A stretch of DNA of 64,000 bases, taken from assembly GCA_036172245.1 (NCBI GenBank), contig JAYWIR010000029.1:2356001-2420000 (forward strand). Reading direction: 5' to 3'. Below the pieces are notes generated by a model. It had not been told where the DNA came from. It made no database searches and was given only the letters and a program-made list of their open reading frames with translations. The DNA comes from Raillietiella orientalis (Eukaryota). Below are positions 36,557 through 49,399 of this stretch, one piece after another; position 1 is the stretch's first letter; each line of letters begins with the position of its first letter. Both the position numbers and the translations under genes were made by a program.

Positions 36557-39500
36557 CCCTTAGTTTTCCGTATTTTAAGTGGTGGAATTAAAAAGGAAAT
36601 GAATGATCCAATGTGGGGCCCGATATCAGGTAATGGTCAGAAAGCTACAAACGAGAAGAAAATACATAGGGGGGGGGGGGGGATAAAAGAATCCACCAGG
36701 CATAAAAGTGTTGCATTATGTAGCTTGAAACTACAGCTTTACACCCATAAATGTGAGAGAAGGAAATAAGCAAAGGTTCTGATTCTCAACAGGCTACAAA
36801 GTTTTTTGTCAACGTATGACATCTTAATAGATAAATTCATAAAGACCTCATTGGAATTGTTTTAAAATAATTTTTTTAGCCATATTATTTTTACATTTTC
36901 TGTGTACTCCTTAAAATATGTGAACCCGTTTGCTCAGGTCAGCAAGCCAACACTTGGGACATTTCAGATATAAGAATTTAAGTTCTTATAAAGGCACACC
37001 TTTATAAAAACAATGTAAATCTTAAGTTTTGTTTTTTTAGTGGTCTTCTTGAAAGCTCCCCTGGATAAGTTCAAAATATGTGCGTGGTCCGAGTTTTTCT
37101 TGCAGCAAAGATTTTTCTAAGGCACTGCATCAAGAAGCTGTCAAGGAAGATACGTCGAAAACGTAGATGAGATAGACGCAGTTATTGCAACGCATAAGAT
37201 GGTTGGTTTGTTTTGAGAAGAACAGTACCAATGTATCTCAATATCATGTCAGGAATAGTTGGCTATTTAGAAGCACGAACCAGCTTCTCAAGAGCTTAGA
37301 CATATGGTGTTCGTTACCGAGTAGTACGCAAACCGTTGATGGTTCAGTAGTACCACAATACAGTCCTTGTGAATTATATTAATCACAAACCTTATGATGT
37401 GAGTTTTAGGACGCGTTTATTGGGCACTGCTACCTAAAAGAGTTTCATTTGTAAGATATTCAATATTAGAAGCATTCCATTCGTGTGGAACAAAGAGTTT
37501 CTCTTCAAATGTCTTGTCTTGTAAAGCAACAACCAAGCGGTCTGCATATTCATTACTCGGTTACAAAGTTACTAAATCCATATGAAAGAGGGATTTTAGT
37601 AACAACGATGGAATGGTCCCCAAGCAATTCATCGATTTACTGATCTATACATAGTTTCCATCTATACGCATCTGCAAGAAATACAAATTACTGTTAGAAA
37701 GCATATTAAAAGTAAATTTATGCTTTACGGGAATATGTGCATGAAAAAGAAGATATTTGATTTTTTAATCGAATGTGCGTTCTTAAGCCGTTTAAAGAAA
37801 AGTTAAAAAAAATTCAAGTTGGAATTTTTCGTATTGGGGCATTGCGCAGATATTGAAGCAGTGACCGAATACCGAGCATTCTTTAATTCTGGAAGATGAA
37901 AAAACAAACAAACAAAAAACTCATGAATAGTGATATGTATGTGCATTTCATAAGCGCTACATAAAGTTAAAGTGCATCAAAGTCAGCGAAAGCTTTAATT
38001 TGCCAAGCAGTAGAAGTAACTCACATACAACCCAATTAACCATTCTCCACTCCTCGATTTGACATCAGACAAGCTCCACACGTATGTTTGATGTATTCGT
38101 AAGTTAAGCATGTGCAAAATTAAAGCAGAGAAAATTTCGATAAGTTAAAGATCTTGGGGGATGTCTTTCCGAAGGTATAACAAAATGGTCCAAGGAATAA
38201 TTTGGGATCGATTGATTATTCGTTTCATGCGAATGAATACGGAAAATGAATTCAGAGAAGAAAACCAACGGATGGCTAAGTGTGTGATCTAGTTCTATCT
38301 TAGAAAATGGGTGTGGAACTGAGTTCATTTCTCTGTTCTACGGAAACTAAAGCCAATCGAAAAGAGGCACAGATCGTTCCGTTTTGATAGTTTCTCCCTT
38401 TTCTCATTTGACACTACGGATCAGGAGGAGAGTATGGACAGCAAGGCGGAGTAAGAATGGTAAACTTTTCTTTGATAATGTGATTCCTTTTGTAACAAGT
38501 TGGAAAACTCTGTGTTTTCTGGTCTATATATTCTATTTCGTTTTGTTCCCCAGCCTATACACAAGGAGTGCTCGCTTCCTGAAGCACAGTACATGCAATA
38601 CAAGTACAGCAAAGGCAAGGAGAATAATTCGGTAAAAGTCCACAAACCATTGGTGCTGATGTGCTTCTGCATTCCACCGCTGGTAAGCGGACTCGGTCCA
38701 TGTCTCCGACAGAGGTGCATCGCCAACCGCCAGCACACAAAGATGGCACTAAACAGCTCGACACCCGACTGATAGAATTGATGGTGTTAACCATAACTTG
38801 TTGCAAAATTCGAATGCATGCGCAACAGCTGCAGAAATTTTGACCGTCAAAGTCCTACGCGTTCAGTTTCTGCCAACGCAGACGTTTCAGAGGTCGGTGA
38901 AACTGCTGACGTATCACTGTGTCAGTACATTTTCGAATTCTTCCACTGTGCAAGCATCACCTTTACGTACTTGCGAACGCCTCGTCTCTTCTATCGGAAT
39001 CTGCTATTGAAAACCCTCCGCTGTACAAATAACTTCTTTTTTTAAAATCATTTTCCGACGAAAAACATGCTTTTGAAACAGAACATGACGTTAGGAAAAC
39101 AAAGAATATTTACGCAAAATTTGATGAACGTGCTACTTATGAAGGAACAGGAGGAGGAAAAAAAAGGAAAAGAAAAAGAGGGGGAAACAGAACCTGGAGC
39201 AAATTTCTTGAAATATATGTCTTCCGTTTCTTGAAAACTGCACATGAAAGTGCTCATTTACCTGCATTTTCCATCTCAATATCTCTTGTCCATCATTTAA
39301 GGATGATGATGATGATTCGTCATTCTCACTATCCTTTGCAGCCTCACTTACCTTCGGCTTGCAGGAACTATAACATCTATTTCCCAAAAAAAATCGAAGA
39401 AGAAGAAAAAAAAAAACAATTCTCGATAGGAGTTTTTTTTTTTTGTTCGTTTGCAATGCAGAACCAACATCCTGGAATTTTACCAATCATTACAAGGATC

Positions 39501-40299
39501 TAGAATAGATGGGTCAAAGACTTTGTACCTGCAGCATCTACGCTGTTCAATTTCGAAATCCAAGAGTAAATAGCATCATTAATTTGGGACCTGCACGTTC
39601 TCACAGGCACAGGACAAGAAAGGAAGCTGCGTTTGGTCATGAGAAAAAACTTCATGCATTGGATCACTGCTCTCAGTAACTAATTCCATATAGCAACGTT
39701 CTTACAAATGCAACACGAGCAAAGGTGTTGCACTGAACCGACATCTTTGGTCTCAAGCTGTGATGAGATTTTATCCGTATTTTGATTTTGTTTACAAGAA
39801 TATGTAAAAATAAAGGCACGTTCCGACGAAACGTAATTTTGAAGTTGGTTTTCGGGAAATGAAATAAAATGATGATGATTGTATTTAGGATTCTCATTTA
39901 AGATCTTGAAATCATCGGGGATTACTTCGAAAATGAAACGCTACATCGTTTGACACGAATCTGCACCTGAAAATTCCAGAACAGAGAGCGCATCTAGAAT
40001 CATCTGATTTTCTTTCTTTATGCATCCGAAAATCTAACCTCAAACTGGACTTATCTCGCTATATCTTCTATGCATATCAGCACATGTGATGTTCCATGTT
40101 TTCTTCGTTCGCCATCTGCCCCAAGTGCAAAAAGAAGATTCGTAGCAGGTTACTGGCCTGTGGAGGTGTTTACTCTCTAAAAACTTTTATAGACTTAGAT
40201 ACACTGATGAGATTTTTCTTAATTCCATCTTTGCATTTTATGCTGAGCTGAGTTCTCTAGGTGCAGAGATGACCACCGTTCCAAGCACGAATGGGAATG

Positions 40300-42900
40300 C
40301 CCAATTTTGAACAAAAATAGCAACACAGAAACAGAGTTAGAGGGTTCTAGAAGGGATGAATGGTGTCGATGGAAGAATAGATCAGCGAAGAGTTGCTGAT
40401 TTTCTCTAAACGAAGCAGATTTGCATCTGTGGCAAATCGAGAGAAAGACACAACAACAAGTGTGAACGGAGCAAGCAAATACATTCTGTTAATCGTGGTA
40501 GAGACTCATCCCTGCAGAAGCTCGATAATTTTCATGACAGTAAGAGATGAAGATGCAACAGTTCCAAAGCTGTTATCAGAAGAAATTGTTGATGGAGGAG
40601 CTCTCTTAGATTATCGGGATTGAAGAACACTCCTCCTCTATGCCCACGCTTTAAACAGCAGTGTATTTACAACATTTCTTCGATGAGGGTGGCATGCTAG
40701 TGAGGCCAGGAAGATGGCAAAACAGCAAAGCGCCGATTCCCAGCTATCCATGTTTATGGCTGTTCCAGCTGCCTGCATCATTAAAAGGGAAACTGCTGCC
40801 TGTTCAGCGTAGCAATGTGCACGCCGACCTTAACACGCAATAGGTAGCAGATCTAACTATAGTATCACTAACGGATCACTTGTCTAGAAGGGAAGGACTG
40901 ACAATTGGTCCGAGAGTCAATTAAGGCAAAATGGTTCCGTATTTCGAGGTTGGACTTGACGACAGGATTCCACTCATCGATATGAAGTCCACTTCTCTCC
41001 CTGTTTCAGCATTTTTCAAGGGGAATCCTGATGCAGGAGTCCTGTTTCATGATTCAATAATAAGTAAAGTGATCATTCGTGATAAGTCAAGGGAGTTAGG
41101 AAGAAGGCCATCGACAGCACCTTGTCTTTGTCACCAAAGATGCAAGTGGATGATCGAACTAGAGGAAAAACACGCTAGCTGCAACCAGAAGAAAAGATGT
41201 AATGCTGGTGGGTGTGGCAGCGGGAAAGTGAGAGTTGGTCATGATGGAATGAGAGAAGCTTCTGTCCACACCTTTCACCAGATACACGAAAACATCTGAC
41301 AGGAAGGGCTGCAAGTTTTTAGCAATTCGGAACATCTTCGAGAAATGTTTATCAAGATATTAGGTCTGAACTCTTGCTACCAGAAATGGATTTCTTCGGA
41401 ACAGACTAATCGGACCTTCATCGTTTAGTGTTGATGACCGAAGGAAGGATGCTCTGAAACTTTTATTGTGGTTACTTCTTTTGTTTTCTCCAGCCTTCCA
41501 TTCGAGAAGATAAGATCTTGTGAGGAGCATCACGTTCCTCCATTTTGAGGAACAACAGACGGAGGAAATGGAAACGATCCGCACGAATAACGACGGCATC
41601 TTGACCGAGATAAAAGAAAAGCCGGACTGTTTTCCTCATTGTCATTTTATTACGTTACATCAAAAGACTGCAGTTCGCCGAGTGAACCAACCTCAGGGGA
41701 ACACTCTCCCAAAGACACAGTTTCCAGGATCGGCTGTGTTGTTGGAATAAAAAAATTGATCCCACAATTTGTCATAGGCCGCTTTGTCTATGGTGTTCCC
41801 CTAAAAGAACAAACAAAAGTAACAAAATCAATCGATAAATATCAGTTTTTAAAGCGATGATTCAGACTCTCGGTAAGAGTTGACAAGCAGCCAAAATAAA
41901 AAGCTGTTTTCCCCAGCAACTCCGTGTATGCAGATTTATCCAAAGAAAAAAAAAAAAAAAAAAAGTCACCAATATGGAGAGGTAATTCTGTTACGATTTT
42001 CTTTCCCGTGATCGAAGACGATCTCGCATCTCGGTCACGGAGTCAATCATGACAGATGGTCTTCGACTCCATTACTCTTTTACGGGACGCATGGCAGGAG
42101 GGTTTCCGGATTTGAGTGTCCCTTCATTATATTCTTGAATTCTTCCCTGACTTCCAACTGTACACGTGAACCTCCCAGTGAGTAGAAGATTCACTAAAGG
42201 AGTGCAAGAAACAGCTGGTAACTACAGACAACTTCACGTCCCTACTATTTGGCTCTTTACAAGCGAGCTGTGAAACCAAGAACAGAAAGAGTCCAGAATT
42301 GCATATCAGCATCCTGAAGGTCTCTTCATAGTCTGTCAGCAAATAACAGCAGACAGAAGAGAGGGCCCAAAACTGCAATAAAAACGAAGCGTTAATTAGA
42401 TAAACGTTGCTTTCAGATCTTTTGACATTTCTTTCTCTTCGAGAGCATTCTTCCTTGGCCGCATCTGGATTCTCAGCTTTTTTCCGAATGCGCTGCAGAA
42501 TCAGCTTTGAGATGAAGGTTGCCAATGATTCATTCTGCAGCTAGAAGGTGAGATGACCATTGAAAATAAACGAGTGCCGCTAGCTGGTTCTCCAGGAGGA
42601 CTCTCCGAGATCTGTTTGTCGTCTTTACTTACTCCGATATTCATTAAAGCTTTGTTTCTCCAGCTTGTGGCTTTTCCGATTGGTGAGAGCAGATGCCTGA
42701 GGGTTCCCAGATCATGGACATATCTCAGAATTTCCAAGTAGTTTACTAGACCACGTCTTAAAACAGATCGATCTGTTGCTGGTAGAATTTCGTTGTCCAT
42801 TTGGTGCTCTTTAGAATGATTTCTCTCAGATGGCAAAAAACACTTGGCTTCGTCATGCTACCTGCTCAACTCTTCCCGGAGCAGAGTTCTTCTAGATAAA
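40300..42900 (-). mobile_element. Very old CR1/Jockey-like RT relic
   Basis: WEVHVYSWKSGK (W....V.PI.K.G), a frameshifted GVPQGS.LG-like sequence at ~41675-41710 and thumb-like RSYL. Many stops. Confidence 0.35.
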
Positions 42901-43221
42901 AACGCTTGTTCTCATTTCGAGAGAACTGTCAGATCAAAGTTGATATACTTTGAAGGAACCAACCCTAAGCTTTGAATCATTAAAATGCTGATACCGAAGT
43001 GACCCATTGCGGGTTCGAACCGAAAATTAATATTCTGGGTTTACCCGATATTGCTTTGCACAGAGAAAAGAGTTCCATGCTTCTAGAACTCTACCTAAAT
43101 TTTTGCGTGATATTGGATCTGGAGTTGTCAACATTTTTTTTCTTTTTTTTTTTAAAAAATTCTCCCTTAGCATATGGAAGAATGAAGACAGAAGAACATC
43201 ACACAGCTATTCCTTAGCTAC

Positions 43222-43630
43222 CTGAGCCATTTGCTGGAACGCTTTCCTGCATTCTTCAGCGGAAACTCCATAGCTGCTATTCGCAGCAACGAACTCGTCT
43301 TCGTCAATCCCACCATCACCTGGAAAATCGTAAGGAACCATATGGAGGAAGACGATTCTGTTACTAGACGAATCCTCCAGACCGAACATGAAATCTCTGT
43401 ACTTCAGTTTCCACCCCGAATTTTTGTCTTCTTCCCATGCTCGAAACCACTCCTCCTCCGTGATCTATCCGAGAATGAAGGAAAAAAAAGAAGTTATCGA
43501 ACGAAGGTACCTTATTGTTCTGATCTTCATCTGTGGAATCTTTGAGTCCATTCCAAATGTCTTCTAATGTTTCGCACATGCTTCTGTACTGGGTGCACTC
43601 CAGAGACCATCCTCGTTCCTTTCTTATTCT
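43222..43630 (-). CDS. Calexcitin / sarcoplasmic calcium-binding protein-like EF-hand gene, three internal exons (43630-43511, 43464-43365, 43319-43222); first and last exons not located
   Basis: Spliced translation: RIRKERGWSLECTQYRSMCETLEDIWNGLKDSTDEDQNNK|ITEEEWFRAWEEDKNSGWKLKYRDFMFGLEDSS(S)|DGGIDEDEFVAANSSYGVSAEECRKAFQQMAQ. Two EF-hand loops (DEDQNNKITEEE, DSSSDGGIDEDE). Canonical GT-AG introns of 46 nt (43465-43510) and 45 nt (43320-43364) with consistent phases. Confidence 0.88.
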
Positions 43631-44149
43631 CTAGAAGAATAAAAAAGAAAACCAAATTTGGCACGCCTGCCGCAGACTACTTGAGCGACAACAGGAAGCC
43701 GAACGGGAAACAGCTCGTTTCTCAAGATCATGTCTTTGTAAAAAAGAAAAGTACAGCCTCCAGACAAGTCCCACAACCAATGAAGCCATTTTTAATGAAG
43801 CAGCAAAGAAACTAAAAAATGACCTCGAGCATCCACTAACAAAATAATGAAAATCCAGACAAATGGAGAAGCGACATTAGCACGAGGAGAGCGGGAAACA
43901 ACGGAGAAAGAGGAAAAAAGGCATGTAGACCCTTTGCACCGCCGAAAATGCCCTGGATAAATCTGGGACTTCTGAAATGCTTCAGATTGTTGCACAGTAT
44001 AGCTGTATCCTGTGAAGTCGGATTTCCTTGAAATCCCTTGAGGAAAACACTCCTGTCAGGAAGGATTTCCTCTTGCTTTTCGCTGCAGGCTCTTTCTCCT
44101 CAAAACGTTGTAGGATGTCCAGGATGTTGACTGGTAATTAAAGACCGGA

Positions 44150-47100
44150 GTTCAGAGGAAGGTTACGAGATCCTCACCCTCCCTGTGGTCCTCTCTTCCT
44201 TTGCGACCTTTGCAATCTCAGCACTCAAACAGGAAGAGCCAGCTCAGAAGGAAGGGAACTCTAACTTTGTAAGCAGCAAGAGAAGGTTTAATAAGTTTAG
44301 GATCATAATTTCTGGAGAAGCCTTCAGGAGAGCAAAGAAGTCGATTGGTGGAGGTTCGCGCAAAGGATGACTCAGGCGTGGCCCTCGCTGGAGGCCGTGT
44401 GACTGCGGCGCTGCTGAGACTAGCACCAAGCGTTGCGGGTTCGAACCTACGTGGAAGATGGACGCCGAGAACGGGGAGTGCGTCGTGAGTTTCGAGTCCC
44501 CCCAACAAGATGACACTGGTTGGCCTATTCGGGTGCAGCATCGGTGGAAGTAGGAAACTGGATGGCCCACTGAGTGGGCCGTGATCGGAAGCTGATCCTC
44601 AGGGGTTTTTTCAGGAATCAAGGAGATGTTTCCCTTCGGGGTTGTCCTCCGGTGGTGAAAAGATGATTGAGGAGACTTTTTTCATGGTGCTTTTGTTCTC
44701 CAATTAAAAGGCCTTGGTAACTTCATCCATATCTGCTCTCCTTTCTTCGACGGTGACCTCAGAAAACGGCAGTCGATGGGCACCGCTCTAGAGCGTCGGG
44801 AAGGAGGAGGAAGTTGAAACTTGAGTAGAGAATTAACGAAGATGGTCAAGGATCCAGAGGAAGATGTCCGAATAAGGATGAGATGATGACAGCTGTGGGA
44901 GCTCTATGATCTCCTGAGAGTTTAGTGGAGCAGAATCCACGGAAAGATCCGTTACAGTCCTAGAATTTCGACGCAGATCGAGGAGCAGAAAGAGATCCTG
45001 ATGGCCCAAGTTCGGCCAAAACCCGTTAAAGAAGAAAAGTTCCCGAATCCTGTTTCTGGACGGCACTCTAGAGGTACTCTAAGAGCTGGGATCCCCCGGC
45101 ATCCTTTGGATTTCGAGCACTCAGTTACAGGCGGTCTCCAGACGACCAGAGTTTGAAGGTTGGTGGGAGTTCGCAATGGTCGTCCAAAGGGAGAAAGGAA
45201 GGTTCTGTCTTGGTTTAGATCTACTCCCTATAGAGTCCATTGTCCTCAAGGACATTTCTTCGATGAAGACAGAAATGTAGGTGCTGAAAGAAGCATCTCT
45301 TCCATGGAGTCCACAGAAGGTCGTTATTAGGAGGCACAGTGGTCTCAGACTTCGGGCCTCGCTCATTTGCTCTCCGCGGTCTCTCATCGACTCCTCCAGG
45401 AGGGTGGCTGTACCTCGAGCTGGGCAGTGCCTGACATCTAGCGATTCCTCTCAGCCTTCTCCCGTACTCGGGATGGTCACGGCAACGGAATTCCCGCCCT
45501 GCTGTGCCTGGAGGCGCCTGCCTTTCCAGTTCGGAGAGAGGCGAGGCTTCTCTTTATTTTCTCCCTCCCACTCCGCAGAGCAGAAAGAAAAAAAAAAGGA
45601 TCAGGAAGCAAACGCCGGTACACTGTATCTTCCTCATCCATTCGTTCCTTGATTCAGCGTGGTCTTCAAAGCGTCAGCGAGGATCCACCACGGCTCCTTC
45701 GGACCGATCCTTCCTCACCGAATCTTTGAGAAATTCACGGCTCCAAGTCGATCGCCCCCTTCGCACCCCTCGACGCCTCTCTTGAAATAAGAGAAAGAAC
45801 TCTTGTTGGTCGGCTGGTTCCCCGTAAACGATCGGGAAGTGTTCCCGATCGATGGGAAAATCTCGGAAATTTCCCACCCTTATTTTCGAGGTCGGAAGAA
45901 GAAACGGAAAGCTGAAGGCCTCCCGATAGACAAGAATCCTCAGTCAGGATGAAGGAGCTCGTCCCTTTAGAAAGATGAAGATTCTCCATGAGAAGGCGTA
46001 TCCAGACCCATCTCCGAGTGTCTAGATGATTTCCTCGGTCTCTGGAAGAACCTCATTTCCTCCCAAATCCCCGAGAGCAGAGAAAGACTTCCCAGCGAGA
46101 GATGGCGACCCCATCCTCGGACACCCCAATCGATTCCCCCTCTTATCTTCACTACCACCCCCGAGCGCCTTACCTCTGCAGCCAGCTCGAAGTCTTTCTT
46201 CTCGATAGAGCCACTGTGGTCGATGTCTGGAACAGACAGAAAGGGTTGGCAAGGCGGAGCCTGGAGAGGAAGGTGGCGCGGAGGCGCAGGAGGGATAGGA
46301 AGCTAACATCTTCTGAGCCTCATCCCCAGCTGGGGCGGAGTGCAGGATGCGAGAGTGGAGCTCGCGACCTGCACCCATGAGCGCTTCGTTTCACTCAGGT
46401 GGAATCCTCGTAGGTCCGATCTTCCGGCATACCCAAGCGCGCGGCCCACCTTACATGAGATCTCCTTCCTCGGAGGTCAGCATCCTCCCTCGGCCGAAAC
46501 GGGGGGGGCCCCATCCTCTTCCGGGACTCCCCTCCGGCGCCATCTTGGTCCGGCAGGGGTAGGAGGCGGCACCCATTTCCTGGTGTTCCCTCTCCGGGAG
46601 AGCTCTGCGGGGTCGGGCGGAGGAAGAGAGGCGAGCGGGAAAGAGATCTACCCCCGCGTTGTGTCGCGGAGCAGGGAGAGGATGGTCACCTTGACTTCCC
46701 GAAGGAGGTAGAAACGGGGGAATTTTTGTCTCTGGAGGCGAAGAAGGGCCACTCCATCTGACCTCGGAGGACGCACGTCCCGAGAGCCTGCCTAAGAGCA
46801 CCGGCGGAGGTAAGTTCCTCCGGATCTCCTCCCTCCCATTCCGCTGAAGCAGGATCAGGGGAAGGAGCATCGCGGGCGATCCCTTCTCGCCGTGCCCTCA
46901 GGGAAAGCGAGTAAGGACGGGACGTTGGAATTTCGGGGGTGCCTACCTTCTCTACCTCCGCCTCCCCAATGGACCTTATTCCGAGGTTCCCTCACGCGTC
47001 TTTCCGCGACCGATAAGGGGCAGAAGGACATCCCCCCCCCACAACCCACACTCCCGTGGATCCCGCCCTTCTCACCCTGCCCGCTCAGAGAACTCACCGA

Positions 47101-47300
47101 AGAACACTTCGAACACGTAGCGCAGCTTCTTCTTCTGGAAATCGGACACCACGGAGGTCATCTCCGTTCCCGTTTTCTGGAACCAGAAACACGTCAGCGC
47201 GCTAATTTCGCATCGGTTCAGCGGATTCAGCCTCTCTCAGATGCAAGCTCCCTTATCGACTCCTCCCACACTCTCGCACCGTCTGCCTCAGCTACCACTT
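44150..47300 (-). mobile_element. Degenerate L1/Tx1 ORF2 (RT N-terminal half)
   Basis: PPVTE, ELFFFNGFWPNLGHQDL (EF...FW..LG.DL) and LIPEKTPEDQL (LD.EKAFD.V) in order. 5' boundary uncertain. Confidence 0.5.
44394..44450 (+). repeat. tRNA-like repeat unit (single degenerate copy)
   Basis: TAGCACCAAGCGTTGCGGGTTCGAACC matches TGGCACCGAGCGTCGTGGGTTCGAATC of the 57.5 kb unit at 22/27 nt and contains a B-box. Confidence 0.45.
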
Positions 47301-49399
47301 TTTTTGACCCTTGCCTCTCAGGAGGAGCAGGGGCTGGTTGCTAGACAACGGGAAATCCCACCAGCTGTTATGGGATAGGTTAGGGGATTCTCAGTAGGTC
47401 AGTTCCACCTTCCTGCTTAGCATCCCAGAAGCCGTTGCTTCCTCTCTCCTCCCACCCATTCAATTTTTCATTCTCTCCTGATCAGATCCGAAAGAGAGAG
47501 GGAAAGTCGATACCCTTTCCGGTACAGACGGATGGAGATGGCGGTCTGGTTCCGCAGCTGGGGAAAACCCGTGACCCTCCCGATGCTTCTTGAAGGGATG
47601 CTGCCGAAAAATTCCCTGTGCGCCTCGCCTCACAGTCTCTCCTTCCTGGAGCTGCTTAGAGAACTTGGAGAGAGCGGAGGCCTCAGTGTCTCTCCTTCAA
47701 GAAACCTTGGGACCTTCGTCGTCTTGCGGGTACGTCGGGGTCTTTTCTTCATTCGTCGACCCTCTTCCTCTCCCCATTTTCCCCTCCCCTCTTCCCTTTC
47801 AACCCCATTCTTGTCTTCCTTCGAGGAGTAATGCAGCTCTGGGTCTTGTCCCCTACACGGGGAGAGGGTTCGATCCCTACGAGCGTTGCCCCTGTCGCCC
47901 CTTCCAGTTCCTTTCCTTCACCTTCCGAAGTAGGCGAATGGTGAAGGCGGCAGCACTGGGTGGTCAGAGACGGCGCCCCGGCTTTCTGGAGATGGGAGAT
48001 CCACGGAAGGGGCAGGGGGGGAAATCAGAACTGGACAGGGAAGGCGCTGCAGGGGGGAAGGGAGAAACTGGGAAGCGGTGGTGGATCATCTGCCTGAAGT
48101 CTGGGGCGCCACTGGGTGGAAAGAAGAAGAAGGGACGTGTCCTAGGGATGCAGCAATTCGTCCCGACCCCAAGAGAGCCGGTGACAGCTCTCTCAGCCTA
48201 CGACACTCCGCACCCTGTGCCAGCGAGAGGAGGAAGCCAGTCCGGATGCTGCAGTGTAGCGAGGGAAAATTCCCACTGCGCACGCCTTCTTTTCCCCATT
48301 TGGCAAGAAGGAGGGAATGAAGGGAGGAAGATGAAGCCTCAGGGCAGCGGAAGGAGTCAGGGGAGTCTCCCCTTCTGGGAAGACTGCTGGCGGAGGAGGC
48401 AGCGTTGTCCTTCGAGAAGAGATGCCCCTAGAGAGCAAGAGGGAAAGAGGAGGAGGGCAAGGATACGCCTGCTGGACTCCCGAGGATGAGCATCTTCTCA
48501 GGAGGATGTGGCTGCCTCCGAGAATGCGTGGAAGATGGGCAGGGAGGTTCCATTTCCCGACCTCGTCTTTCAAACCAAAGACTTTTCTTTGGGAACTCCC
48601 TACGTCCCACTCGGGTGAAGAGTTGCTGGCAAGGAATTTCCGCCTCTAGTGGCCGGTGGCCTTCTGGGGGAAAGCAGGATTTCCCCTGGTCTTGCGGGTT
48701 TCCTGTGTTTGCTACCCACTCCTCGAGGAGCGCCACTGGAGCCAGGATGCAGGACAGGTCATTCCGTCAGGACACCCCAGGGGCCGCTGCCCACGTTACA
48801 CTCCTCCATCCCCTCCGCCCCAGATTCCAGATCAGCTTACTCTCTTTCCCCTTGCTCCTCCCCGCATTTTGTGCACTTCCGCCATTCTCTCCCACAGGAC
48901 GACCCGTAGGACACCGAGAAGTTACTTTTGCGAAATCCACGGGTGTGTACCGCAAGGGAGGAAAGAGTCTGCTGCTGCCCTCCCGTTCCTCAAGAGGGTA
49001 CGAGCTCCGGTGAGCGCCAAGGGGGGCTGAGGGTGGCGGATTAGGCTGCAGCAGGGTAAAGAGGAATCCAGGGTCGAACTGTGTACGCATCGCAGCTTGG
49101 GAAACGCGAGGGCATCTTCGGCCACCACAGAGGAGTAAGGAGAAAGCGTGAGGGATGGTCGAGATCTCACTCTCTCAGGAAAGCGAAGCAACCCCGCCGG
49201 GGCGGCCTTTGCGTGATTTCTTGAGGGGATGGAAAATGGGAGATTAGCTGGATGCACGTGGGGGCATAGAGAATCGCTCCTCCCAGAAGAAACTGAGACA
49301 TGAGGGAGGAGGAAGTGCGGAGAGGGGAAGAAAAGAGGAAGTAAGGAGGAGGAGGAGGAGGAGGAAGAAAAGACGAAAAGGAGGGATTTTCTCATCGAT

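Noticed and set aside
37000..37700. Possible minus-strand exons (PSNEYADRLVVALQDKTFEEKLF...)
   Set aside because: All frames are interrupted by stops and no family was recognised.
38900..38965. Candidate last exon of the EF-hand gene (GDACTVEEFENVLTQ*)
   Set aside because: In-frame TGA, no good acceptor and no GN..FG ending.
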